Below are positions 22,872 through 32,474 of a stretch of 64,000 nucleotides of DNA, piece after piece. Both the position numbers and the translations under genes were made by a program. The notes beneath the pieces were generated by a model. The model did not search any database. It was not told where the DNA came from and saw only the letters and a list, made by a program, of their open reading frames with translations. This DNA is from Bdellovibrionales bacterium. Its GTDB lineage: Bacteria > Bdellovibrionota > Bdellovibrionia > Bdellovibrionales > JAUICD01. The first letter of the stretch is position 1. Each line of letters opens with the position of its first letter. The stretch lies in contig OZ253553.1 in the NCBI GenBank assembly GCA_965262715.1, positions 128,001 through 192,000 of the forward strand. Reading direction: 5' to 3'.

Positions 22872-23561
22872 ATGAAACAATTTTTTAATCTAATAACTAT
22901 AACATGTTGTTTAGCGATAATAGTAGCATGTAGTAATGATAAACAAAGACCATTAATTCTCTTGATTGGCAATGATGCTTCAAGCAATGGTGCTTTAGGC
23001 AATGGTGCTTCAGGCATTAATGGAGTATTTTTTGATCAACCATCAATTAGAAAAGAGGCTTCATTTAAGTTTCATCATGAAATATCAGACGCATGTTTTA
23101 ATGCTGAACTAGAAGAAACACATCCAGAAAGGGCCAATAGTGGTTACAGTTATGTTCCGTATCGAATAGACGGAACTACTAATTTAAATATTATATTTAC
23201 TAACGAAGGAAATGTCAATATAGATGTGACAATAAACCCTAGTAACACTGCTTACGGGACTACGAATACTATCCTTGATAGTGCTCATATTTCTGTCAAT
23301 CAGACTGTGAGAGATTTTCTGGACAATTCGAGCCTTGAGGTTAACAATAGTCAGGTTACATGGTCAGACTCAGACACTAATTTGCTTCCACTGTTACAAT
23401 TAAACACTAAAAATGCAACAGTCGAGTTAGTAGAACAAAAAGTCGAAGGTGAGTCGGTATGGTTAACATTTGAAACAAACTATGTATCAACTGTTACATC
23501 ATCACCAGATTGTATGGATTCAAATTCAAAATCGGTTTTGGAAATTAAAACAGAGCAGTAA
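22872..23561 (+). CDS. Hypothetical lipoprotein
   Basis: RBS aaggag, lipobox IVAC, three 15-bp tandem units (NDASS/NGALG/NGASG). Confidence 0.75.
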   Translation: MKQFFNLITITCCLAIIVACSNDKQRPLILLIGNDASSNGALGNGASGINGVFFDQPSIRKEASFKFHHEISDACFNAELEETHPERANSGYSYVPYRIDGTTNLNIIFTNEGNVNIDVTINPSNTAYGTTNTILDSAHISVNQTVRDFLDNSSLEVNNSQVTWSDSDTNLLPLLQLNTKNATVELVEQKVEGESVWLTFETNYVSTVTSSPDCMDSNSKSVLEIKTEQ

Positions 23562-23659
23562 TTTTCTTTCTAGTATAATGAAATAGATATTTAGAAAGAA
23601 ATCTATTACATCAATCTTAGAAATCAATAGCTCTAAATCTGCAATCTAGTCATTTAACT

Positions 23660-23692
23660 TAGGAGCCGGGACTTAAAATGCCGGCTTCCTTG
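23660..23692. terminator. Hairpin between convergent genes
   Basis: aggagccgg...ccggcttcct stem. Confidence 0.5.
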
Positions 23693-23737
23693 TTAATTCA
23701 TTAACTTGTTAACTTACTAACAAGAAAGCCTTTATAT

Positions 23738-24676
23738 TTATAAGTTTGATAATTGAGAGACAAGGCTTTTAACTGCATTTACAGAATGATCAAACTGTTT
23801 TTGCTCCTCCTCATTGAACTTAACTTCTATGACTTTCTCTAAACCATTAGCTCCTAAAACAGCTGGCACTCCAACAAAAAGATTTTGCACACCAAACTCT
23901 CCCTCTAAATAAGCTGTACAAGGCAGTATACGGTTTTCAGCCTTCAAGATAGCCTCTGCCATCTGAACAGCACTGGCAGCAGGAGCATAATAGGCAGACC
24001 CTGTTTTTAAAAGCCCTACAATTTCAGCTCCACCTTTTTGAGTCCTTTCTATCAACGCATCCACCCTACCTCGATCTAAAAGCTCTAAAAGAGGAACTCC
24101 CCCAACAGAACAGTGGCGAGGCATAGGCACCATGGTGTCCCCATGGCCACCCAAAACAAATGCATGCACATCCTTAACTGAAACAGATAGCTCCTTTGCA
24201 ATAAAAGCTTTAAACCGAGCTGTGTCTAAAACTCCTGCCATCCCCATAATGCGATTTCTAGGAAAATCAAGCTCCCTCTTAGCAATATAGGCCATAGCAT
24301 CTAAAGGATTAGAAACAACAATCACCACACTGTTAGGGCTATACTGTTTGATACCAGAGCAGACCTCTTTCATGATCTTAGCATTTACAGCTAACAGATC
24401 ATCACGGCTCATCCCTGGTTTGCGAGGAAGGCCTGCTGTTACAATGATCAAATCAGATCCTGCAGTATCAGCATAATCTTTAGTACCTGTTACCATACAA
24501 TCAAAACCATCCACAGGCGAAGATTCTAACAAATCAAGAGCTTTGCCTTTAGCTACACCCTCATTGATATCAAGTAAGATGACGTCTCCTAATTGTTTAA
24601 AAGCCAAAAGATGAGCACATGTTGCCCCAACAAAACCACTACCAATCACTGTAATTTTCTTTCTTTGAAACGTCAT
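23738..24676 (-). CDS. mdh: Malate dehydrogenase (LDH-like)
   Basis: GSGFVG, RKPGMSRDDL, VSNPLD, LGGHGD, LKTGSAYYAP. Confidence 0.96.
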   Translation of the reverse strand: MTFQRKKITVIGSGFVGATCAHLLAFKQLGDVILLDINEGVAKGKALDLLESSPVDGFDCMVTGTKDYADTAGSDLIIVTAGLPRKPGMSRDDLLAVNAKIMKEVCSGIKQYSPNSVVIVVSNPLDAMAYIAKRELDFPRNRIMGMAGVLDTARFKAFIAKELSVSVKDVHAFVLGGHGDTMVPMPRHCSVGGVPLLELLDRGRVDALIERTQKGGAEIVGLLKTGSAYYAPAASAVQMAEAILKAENRILPCTAYLEGEFGVQNLFVGVPAVLGANGLEKVIEVKFNEEEQKQFDHSVNAVKSLVSQLSNL

Positions 24677-25010
24677 ACTTCCCCCTTTTATAACTTGTAA
24701 TATCCCTAGATCTCACTGCAAAGATATTTCCGACAGTTTGAGAAATAGTTTGCCAGTTGACCTAATGACTGACTTCCAGAAAAAATATGGAGAATCCCCT
24801 CTTCCTATGCTAATGAAGGTTTCCTCTTACTATTTTCTCTTCTTATAAATCACCCAACCCTTTATAGTAAGATCATCTATATATATCATCATTTATTTGT
24901 ATTTGTAATCTTATTTTAAAATGACTTTGGCAAAAACATAAATACTTGTGCGGTATGGTATACTCTCTACTCAAATTGACTGCCATACTCCCTTATGATA
25001 TAAGGCAAGT

Positions 25011-27089
25011 ATGCTGTCTTCTTCTGATTTGCTAACAGGTAAACAAAAAGCTCTAAAAAAACATGCTCAGTTAAAAAAAGAGATAGAAGAGCATAACTAC
25101 CACTATTACGCTTTAAATGAACCTGTTATTTCTGATAAGTCTTTTGATCAGAAACTTAAACAATTAGAAAGCCTCGAATCACAGTTTCCAGAACTTGTAA
25201 CAGAAGATTCCCCTACTCAAAGAGTTGGAGGATATGTTGCGCCTGAGTTTCAAAAAACAGCGCATAATAAGGTTATGTTAGGACTTTCTAATACCTATAA
25301 CCCTCAAGAGATTTTAGATTTTGATGCGCGTATTAAAAAACGTCTTCACATTGATAAAGATATCAAATGTCAAAATATAGAATACCTCTGTCAAGTAAAA
25401 TTAGATGGAGTTAGTATTAACTTAGTTTATGAAAAAGGTCTTTTAAAAAAAGGTATCACTCGCGGTGATGGTCAAATAGGAGAAGATGTCACTCAAAACA
25501 TCAAAACTATTAAAAGTATCCCTTTAAGACTAAGAATGAATATTCCTTTTATAGAAATTAGAGGAGAGTTATTTTTTTTACATCAAGACTTCTTAGATTT
25601 TAACAAAGACAGAGAAAAAACTGGCCTTTCTCTATTTTCTAATCCCAGAAACACTGCCTCTGGATCTATCAGGCAATTAGACGCGTCCATTACAGCTAGT
25701 CGCCCTTTATCTTTTATAGCCTACAGCTGTGGAGTTTTTAAAAAAAGTGATACTTTCCAAGCTCCTCAAACAGAAAATCAACTCAATCGTTTATTTTTGA
25801 AATTAGGGTTACCTTGCCTGCAAACATCATCATCCCTTCTTGATCTTAATCCTTCAAAAAGAGTTCTATCTTTTGCAGCGCGGTCTATTGAAGATGTCAT
25901 AGACTATTATAAAACTATCAATCAAATAAGGAAGAATATTCCTTTTGATATTGATGGTATTGTTGTAAAAGTGAACAACCGCAAACAACAGATGCAATTA
26001 GGAGAATTGCCTAGATTTCCCCGTTGGGCCATGGCCGCTAAATTTGAACAAAAAGTAGCTCACACAAAAATTAAAGATATCATTGTTCAAATTGGTAGAA
26101 CTGGAGCATTGACTCCCGTTGCCTTATTAGAACCTGTGATGATTGATGGAGTGACTGTTCAACATGCCACTCTTCATAATCAAGATGAAATCGATAAAAA
26201 AGACATCTGTATTGGAGATACCATCGTTGTACAAAGAGCAGGAGAAGTGATACCTGCTATTTTAGAAGTGATCAAAGAAGAAAGACCATCTGGCGCTCAA
26301 TGTTTTAAAATACAAGATACATGTCCTATTTGTCATACAAAGGCAATCAGAGACGAGAGTGAGGCCATACTTCGTTGCCCTAACCTTGATTGCGATGGGA
26401 GAGTTAAAGCAAGACTTAAGCACTTTATTTCAAAAAAAGCTATGAATATTGATAGAGTGGGAGAAAGCCTTATTGATCAATTGGTAGATAAAAAAATGGT
26501 TCAGAAATTTTCTGATCTTTACTTATTGAAAAAAGAGGACTTACTCAACTTAGATAAACAAGCAGATAAATCCACACAACATATTCTAGAGAGTATTGAA
26601 AAAAATAAACTAGTAGATCTGCAGCGATTTATTTTTGCGCTTGGATTTAGATATATAGGAGAACAAACTACAAAACTTCTTGTTCATCATTATCAAGATG
26701 TTCATTCTATACTTGGAGCTTCTTATGAATCTTTGATTTCAATAGAAGGTATCGGTCCTACTGTAGCTCAATCTCTTATAACAGAAATGCCAAAGATGGC
26801 CTTAGAAATAGATCAGCTTATTAAAAATGGTATAAATTTTAAAAATGTGAAATCCTCGCACCAAAAGACCAAAGGATCCATTGTCATCACTGGAACATTT
26901 TCCCAAAATAGAGATCAAATAAAAACTCTCTTAGAAAAGCACGGTTTTAAGATAATAAGTTCTCTTTCTAAAAACACAAATTACCTTTTAGTTGGAGAGT
27001 CTCCAGGCTCTAAAAAGGACAAAGCCAATCAATTGAATATACCAGTATTGACTTGGGAAGATCTACAAACTCTTATAAAAAAATCATAA
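25011..27089 (+). CDS. ligA: NAD-dependent DNA ligase
   Basis: KLDG, TRGDG, NPRN, DGIVVK, GRTG, Zn finger, BRCT. Confidence 0.97.
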   Translation: MLSSSDLLTGKQKALKKHAQLKKEIEEHNYHYYALNEPVISDKSFDQKLKQLESLESQFPELVTEDSPTQRVGGYVAPEFQKTAHNKVMLGLSNTYNPQEILDFDARIKKRLHIDKDIKCQNIEYLCQVKLDGVSINLVYEKGLLKKGITRGDGQIGEDVTQNIKTIKSIPLRLRMNIPFIEIRGELFFLHQDFLDFNKDREKTGLSLFSNPRNTASGSIRQLDASITASRPLSFIAYSCGVFKKSDTFQAPQTENQLNRLFLKLGLPCLQTSSSLLDLNPSKRVLSFAARSIEDVIDYYKTINQIRKNIPFDIDGIVVKVNNRKQQMQLGELPRFPRWAMAAKFEQKVAHTKIKDIIVQIGRTGALTPVALLEPVMIDGVTVQHATLHNQDEIDKKDICIGDTIVVQRAGEVIPAILEVIKEERPSGAQCFKIQDTCPICHTKAIRDESEAILRCPNLDCDGRVKARLKHFISKKAMNIDRVGESLIDQLVDKKMVQKFSDLYLLKKEDLLNLDKQADKSTQHILESIEKNKLVDLQRFIFALGFRYIGEQTTKLLVHHYQDVHSILGASYESLISIEGIGPTVAQSLITEMPKMALEIDQLIKNGINFKNVKSSHQKTKGSIVITGTFSQNRDQIKTLLEKHGFKIISSLSKNTNYLLVGESPGSKKDKANQLNIPVLTWEDLQTLIKKS

Positions 27090-27174
27090 GTTTTTCTTTT
27101 ATTCTCTAGGTTCTTTGAGAATGAATCATTTTTAAACAACTACAAACTCAAAGGCTGCAATCTTGTAATTTAAG

Positions 27175-27558
27175 AGCCTTGTTGCACAAATATTGACTTA
27201 TACTTAGTGTCACAGGTTGTGAACTAGTTGTGGTAAGCCACTTGTGGCGAGCCACCCCAAGTCAGAGTATTGTGAGATAAAGTTTTAAAAGAATTTTTAT
27301 TCTATAATTAATTAGGTCTTGTTGTATAAAATAAACATGTATAGGAGAGTTATGGTAGGCATCTGATCTAGTTGTGGCAAGCCACCTCAGGCCAGTACCT
27401 TATGAGACACCTTTTTAAAAGGATTTTATTCTATGTAAAATTATAAAGTCACAGTAGTACATGGCACGGGGGTCGCCTGCTAGCTAGTGAAGATGCCTAC
27501 CATAACTCTCTAACTTTTATATAAATGCTTCTTACCTTAATATTTGCGCAACAAATCT
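27175..27558. mobile_element. Nested or tandem MITEs with IS903-type ends
   Basis: gccttgttgcacaaata (27176), ggtcttgttgtata (27315) and tatttgcgcaacaa (27541) ends; internal IR gagagttatggtaggcatct/agatgcctaccataactctc; right part similar to 14190-14376. Confidence 0.75.
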
Positions 27559-27769
27559 CTTAAAATTATAAAAATTACATAAAGTTAGTTATAAATTGAT
27601 TTAAAACGACCTGAATCTATTCCTTTATAAATTCACAAAATAATATTTAAGCATTTATCATTTTAAGCCGATAAATAATGATATATGATAATTAAAAGAG
27701 GTTTCATAAGTTCCTTAGATCTTTAAGGATATATCAATAATACTACTAAGTTGACTGGTTATAATAAGT

Positions 27770-29002
27770 ATGAAAAAAAGTATAAAATTTTCTTCTCTCA
27801 TCTTTATAGTATTAATGCTCACTTTAACAATCTCTTATCAGAATTGTAATTTTGATAACAGTGGATCAACTCTTTCTACTTCACGATATGCTTTTAATGA
27901 ACAGATAAGCACTTCAACTTTCAAAGGGACTCTCGATTCTGATTGTATGACTTCATCTCAATACAATACTTGTCTCTTTTTAAAAAACCCTGTTGCTCAA
28001 AATGGAAGTCCATTTGATCCTCCTATTACATTTTCTACAGATCTATCATCTATACAAACTTATGGAGTTAACATCACAGATACTATAGGGGATTTTCTCA
28101 CAAATGAAACTTACAATATAGTTATTAACTGGGATGAGGCTCAAAGAACTCAAGTAAAAACAGATGGAACCTGGAAATTTGAATATGCAAATGACTCCAA
28201 TCATCATGTCGCGCAATTGATGGCTTATTATTGGTTAAATTATCAAATAAATTATATGCAGCAAAAGGCAAGATGGTATGCAGAAGATCAAAATATTCAA
28301 GTTGATGCCCTAAATTCTGATTTAGAAAATGAGGCCTACTTTAGTTCAAGTGAAAATAAAATTGCTTTAGGTTACTTTACCCTAAATGGAAAAGTTGAAG
28401 CTGCATTAAGTGCTGATATATTGCTCCATGAAGCCGCACATGCTTCATTTTATTACTCAAATCTAAGCAGAGCCACTTATAGTGATGCAACTCATAAATC
28501 TTGCTCAGAAGATAGAGCCACCTGTTGTAAGAGCTATGCAGGCTGTTTTAAAGCTATAAATGAAGGACAAGCTGACTTTCATTCACTTATTATCTTCTCC
28601 TCTTTAAATTCTTCTCTAACTCCGTTGATTGGAGATGGAGTCACCAATGAGCTAAGGTATGGGTTGGGAATTTGTATGCCTAGAAATATGGATTATCTCA
28701 GAAATCAATCAGTTACAGATGTGTACAACGGATGTGATTCAGAAAACGACTTACAAGGAGAGATTCATATGATGGGAGCATTATATGCCAGTATATGGTG
28801 GAATATTTATACACATCCCTCTGTCATTCAAGATGAAATTCTACAACTCTTTGTAGAACATCTACCTATTGTGTCTAGTGAAGATACATTTGAAAGTATA
28901 GCAACACGTATTTTAAACTTAGAAAATCAGAAGTTTAATGGAAAATATTACCAGATCATCTCGCAAGCCTTCACAGAAAGAGGTCTGATTCTCTCTCCCT
29001 AA
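27770..29002 (+). CDS. Lipoprotein zinc metallopeptidase (M4/M36-like catalytic domain)
   Basis: YQNC signal, NEAYF, LLHEAAH, INEGQADF, GEIH. Confidence 0.8.
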   Translation: MKKSIKFSSLIFIVLMLTLTISYQNCNFDNSGSTLSTSRYAFNEQISTSTFKGTLDSDCMTSSQYNTCLFLKNPVAQNGSPFDPPITFSTDLSSIQTYGVNITDTIGDFLTNETYNIVINWDEAQRTQVKTDGTWKFEYANDSNHHVAQLMAYYWLNYQINYMQQKARWYAEDQNIQVDALNSDLENEAYFSSSENKIALGYFTLNGKVEAALSADILLHEAAHASFYYSNLSRATYSDATHKSCSEDRATCCKSYAGCFKAINEGQADFHSLIIFSSLNSSLTPLIGDGVTNELRYGLGICMPRNMDYLRNQSVTDVYNGCDSENDLQGEIHMMGALYASIWWNIYTHPSVIQDEILQLFVEHLPIVSSEDTFESIATRILNLENQKFNGKYYQIISQAFTERGLILSP

Positions 29003-29151
29003 CTGTATCACTAAAAATGGTCTGGCCTCTGGCCACTTTCTGGTAATGACCCTGAAGGCTCACGCCTTCAGCAAATAGGTCATTACCTAGAAAGCCTGAC
29101 CATTTTTAGGAGGGAGACTACCTTCGTTGTTTAACATCATGTTAAGGAAAT
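29003..29151 (+). repeat. Family SR copy B
   Basis: Starts at the base after the peptidase stop; 29008-29117 identical to 29591-29700. Confidence 0.9.
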
Positions 29152-29167
29152 GTTTCCTTAAAATACA

Positions 29168-29220
29168 TCCGGCAAACCGGCAGTCTGGCAATCTGTATCA
29201 GGCAATAAGGATTCTGTTTT
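29168..29220 (+). repeat. Family R8 left arm upstream of four-helix-bundle gene
   Basis: ggcaaacc ggcagtct ggcaatct gtatcaggcaat (8-nt period). Confidence 0.75.
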
Positions 29221-29285
29221 AAATTTTTTCACCTAAAAAATTTCCTCCCAAGCCCTGGCGGGTTTTAATAAAGGAGGAAATTTTT

Positions 29286-29585
29286 ATGACGATGAAAAAA
29301 TTTAAAACTTATCAAGTAGCAGTTCAATTTTATCATAAATCTAATAGCTTAAAATTAAGAGAACCTCTTAGAAATCAATTTCAAAGAGCTTCTCTAAGTA
29401 TTGTTCTTAACTTAGCTGAAGGTAGTGCTAAGTTAACACCAAAAGATCGAAGAAAATTCTATAGAATTGCTTTTGGATCATTAAGGGAGGTTCAAGCTAT
29501 ATTAGATATCATCAACCATATTGAACTCATCAACGAAGCTGATAAATTAGGTGCTTACTTGTACAAATTATGTCAAAATACATAA
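29286..29585 (+). CDS. Four-helix-bundle protein (23S rRNA IVS protein / Avd-like family)
   Basis: RBS aaggagg; LRNQFQRASLSIVLNLAEG..K...DRRKFYRIAFGSLREV matches the family signature. Confidence 0.9.
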   Translation: MTMKKFKTYQVAVQFYHKSNSLKLREPLRNQFQRASLSIVLNLAEGSAKLTPKDRRKFYRIAFGSLREVQAILDIINHIELINEADKLGAYLYKLCQNT

Positions 29586-29586
29586 G

Positions 29587-29700
29587 TGTTTCACTAAAAA
29601 TGGTCTGGCCTCTGGCCACTTTCTGGTAATGACCCTGAAGGCTCACGCCTTCAGCAAATAGGTCATTACCTAGAAAGCCTGACCATTTTTAGGAGGGAGA
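29587..29700 (+). repeat. Family SR copy C (3'-truncated)
   Basis: Starts 2 nt after the four-helix-bundle stop; identical to copy B over 110 bp. Confidence 0.9.
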
Positions 29701-29702
29701 TG

Positions 29703-29851
29703 CTGTTTCCCTAAAAATAAACCTGCCTCTGGCAGTTTTTGGGCAGCCAGCCTGAAGACTTACGTCTTCAAGAAAATGCTGACTGCCTCAAAAATCCGTT
29801 TATTTTTAGGAGGGAGACTCCCTTCATTTCTTTACAGAATGTTAAGGAAAT
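29703..29851 (+). repeat. Family SR copy D
   Basis: cctaaaaataaac...gtttatttttagg variant directly after copy C. Confidence 0.88.
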
Positions 29852-29864
29852 CGCTGAGAGTGAA

Positions 29865-29963
29865 GAGTTGATGTTTTAAGCCAAAGACGAGATCTTCCGC
29901 AGATGAGATCGCTAAAAAGCGGTCCCATCGAGAACTTCGAGGATTGGCTTAAAACATCAATTC
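29865..29963. repeat. Family HB copy 2
   Basis: gagttgatgttttaagccaa...ttggcttaaaacatcaattc. Confidence 0.85.
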
Positions 29964-29975
29964 AAAGCTTTCTAT

Positions 29976-30010
29976 AAAAAAAGGGTTGGCACTTAAACCA
30001 ACCCTTTATA
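29976..30010 (-). terminator. Intrinsic terminator of the 30033-31073 gene
   Basis: aaagggttgg/ccaacccttt stem with T-run on minus strand. Confidence 0.7.
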
Positions 30011-30032
30011 ATCAAATTTAGATTTGACCACC

Positions 30033-31073
30033 CTAATAATATTGATCTTCGCAAAAACTCCAATCTTTCTCAGTAATCTCTCCGCTCACAATGTCAGGCA
30101 GCCTGCTCTTTAACTCCTCAAACATTGGTATGTAACTTGCGTTGTCTGTATAAAGATCACTTGTTGTGTCTGTTAGCTTATCTGATTTTTCATAAATCTC
30201 ATCAGGTTGCTCTATGGTTATTTCACCATGTGTGGTAGGATCTCTATCAAAACTGATCAACATATTACTCACCTCTGTCCCATTAATAATTCTTGCATTT
30301 GCAACATTACTAACATAATTATAAGCTGCATGTGTAACTGAACTTAACACGCCTATGATTCCATAGTAACCCATACAAAAAGGATCATTTGGATTATAAT
30401 CACAAGATGCTGATAATGTTGCAGGTACTTCACCACCATCTTCATTAATACTTAATAATCTTCCAGGACCTCTTCTAAATATTGCCTCTTTAGCATAAGA
30501 ACTGTCACTGTTAGTTGATAACAGTCGTAGTTCCTCTGTTGATCCTCTTAAAAAATAGTGAACAGAACCACTATTAAGTGTCACTGTTTTGATTGATACA
30601 TATCTTTTTTCATCATAATAGGACTCACTGTCAGAAGTTTCTATGTTTACACAGGTTTGATTAGTATTTAAGTTTGTAAATAACAAATTCGCATCCACAC
30701 ACTTAAGACTCACACTAGCGATGCTACTAGAATGTTGAGAGCCTTCGGAAGATAAAGAGTCATGGTCTACATTAAACGTTCCGTCATCTCCCTCTTCTAA
30801 TACACAACCTCCATTTACTTTGCTCACGATGTCCTTGAAGTTACTTACTTTGCCCTTTAATCTATTTATTTTATTAAATGCTTGTTCTTTCTCCCGTCTT
30901 ACTTGTAAGGTAAGATTTTCCTGATCCTCTAAGTCCTCAAGACATTGTTGTAATTCGGGGGAATTATGGGATGAAGATACCGAAGGAATAAAAAACGATC
31001 CTAAAAATAAAGTCAATGTTGTCATCACAATTAAATTAATATTTATAAGTTTCCTAATAACGTCCATTTTCAA
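30033..31073 (-). CDS. Secreted hypothetical protein with N-terminal coiled coil
   Basis: RBS aaggag at 31075-31080, hydrophobic leader, heptad-like segment. Confidence 0.7.
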   Translation of the reverse strand: MKMDVIRKLININLIVMTTLTLFLGSFFIPSVSSSHNSPELQQCLEDLEDQENLTLQVRREKEQAFNKINRLKGKVSNFKDIVSKVNGGCVLEEGDDGTFNVDHDSLSSEGSQHSSSIASVSLKCVDANLLFTNLNTNQTCVNIETSDSESYYDEKRYVSIKTVTLNSGSVHYFLRGSTEELRLLSTNSDSSYAKEAIFRRGPGRLLSINEDGGEVPATLSASCDYNPNDPFCMGYYGIIGVLSSVTHAAYNYVSNVANARIINGTEVSNMLISFDRDPTTHGEITIEQPDEIYEKSDKLTDTTSDLYTDNASYIPMFEELKSRLPDIVSGEITEKDWSFCEDQYY

Positions 31074-31082
31074 GCTCCTTTA

Positions 31083-31280
31083 GGTCTTGTTGCACAAAGA
31101 TTTATGGAATATGTGTATACAAGATAGAGTTATGGCAGGTTTCTGGAATAGGCCTAGGCCAGTGCCTTAGGAGATAAGGCTTGTATAAAATACTTTATTC
31201 TATAATGGACTCTTAAAATAATAGAAATACAAGACACGGGGGAAGCCTGCTGCCTATGGAAGAAGCCTGCCATAACTCTA
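31083..31280. mobile_element. MITE with one IS903-type end (right end missing)
   Basis: ggtcttgttgcacaaagattta end; internal IR tagagttatggcagg/cctgccataactcta; core homologous to 27345-27510 and 14190-14340. Confidence 0.75.
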
Positions 31281-31444
31281 GGTCTTAAATCTCAGAGGGA
31301 GTACATCAGATATTTGGTAGCTCAGACATAAGCTTAAAGCTCTCATATCAAAATCTTTGGATACTTTCTTTTTATCATAGCACTAGATAACTTGCCATTG
31401 CCAATGTAGTACTAATTATGAGCTTAATTTAAAGAGGAATAGTG

Positions 31445-32284
31445 TTAGTGGACAATTGTAGAGAAGTTCTCTAAAATACTTCCGGACACACCCCCAACAA
31501 CCACACGTCTGACATCAGATTGGCTAAACCTCACATCAAATACCCATGCAAGCTCTTGAACAGAATTTCTTATAAAAAGTTGAGGTCTTTGATATTGTTC
31601 AGCATTGATTTGTGTGGTAGCAGATGAAAGTTCGCTTCTTAAGCGTTCCCATGCTTGTTCTCGATCGTAATTTAAATTTGTATTAAAGTTCTCTACATTT
31701 ATTTCTTTCATAGAATTATTTACATTAAAAACACTCTGACTATCTTGCAATACAGAGATCTGCAAACCCCCACTGTAAACTTCATAATCATCTATAACTT
31801 GTTTATAAAAATAATGCTTCACAGAACTTGTTTCTGTGACTGAAGAACCACCAATTTGATCTGCGCTTCCTCCAAAAAGGGGTGCCATCTCCTGTGCCAA
31901 CAATAAAACACTTGCAGTCTGACTTTCTGCATCTGGTAATGGAAGATTTTTTTCTCTATCATCAGAACCTACAGACATGACATCACCTAGGCCATTTCTC
32001 TGTATAGTCCAACCATCGAAAAATGATTCTATATCTAACTCGCTTTCCTCTTCTTCTTCCTCTTCATCTGATTTTTTTAACTCATCTTGATCGTTTGGTA
32101 CTTTATCTGCTTGCTTTAAAGTGTTTTTTGAAGGAACAAAGGAAGGATACTTTGGTTGTTGTTCTACAGGTTCGGGGTGGTCTATGTCTTTAGATAAATC
32201 AAATGAGCCTTTATAAAAATAATAAAAGACTGTTAAACAAAAAATACTAGCAATTCCTATATAAATAATACTTTTTTTATCCAT
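31445..32284 (-). CDS. Membrane-anchored protein resembling a thermolysin/fungalysin propeptide (FTP+PepSY-like), paralog 1
   Basis: N-terminal TM; HYFYKQVIDDYEVYSG, ELAWVF, VVGGVSGSIL; no HExxH. Confidence 0.6.
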   Translation of the reverse strand: MDKKSIIYIGIASIFCLTVFYYFYKGSFDLSKDIDHPEPVEQQPKYPSFVPSKNTLKQADKVPNDQDELKKSDEEEEEEESELDIESFFDGWTIQRNGLGDVMSVGSDDREKNLPLPDAESQTASVLLLAQEMAPLFGGSADQIGGSSVTETSSVKHYFYKQVIDDYEVYSGGLQISVLQDSQSVFNVNNSMKEINVENFNTNLNYDREQAWERLRSELSSATTQINAEQYQRPQLFIRNSVQELAWVFDVRFSQSDVRRVVVGGVSGSILENFSTIVH

Positions 32285-32474
32285 AGCTTATAATAACCTT
32301 TACTTACCTAATTGAAGAACTAGATCAAAAGTACATCATAAATGTCAAAAGTGTTTATTTTGTTTTAATTGCAATTAATCTTCTTGTGCAAACCTTTATT
32401 ATTATTCATTTGTATTTTATCTCTTGAACTGTCTAGCTAGATTATTGTTTGAATGAAAGAAAGTAATTGGACAC

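Noticed and set aside
22676..23017. 113-aa minus-strand ORF
   Set aside because: Antisense to the lipoprotein gene that has a clear RBS and lipobox
29003..29963. CRISPR array or integron cassette array
   Set aside because: Repeats are 110-150 bp, dispersed and lack regular unique spacers; no cas or integron integrase gene and no canonical attC R boxes at the element ends
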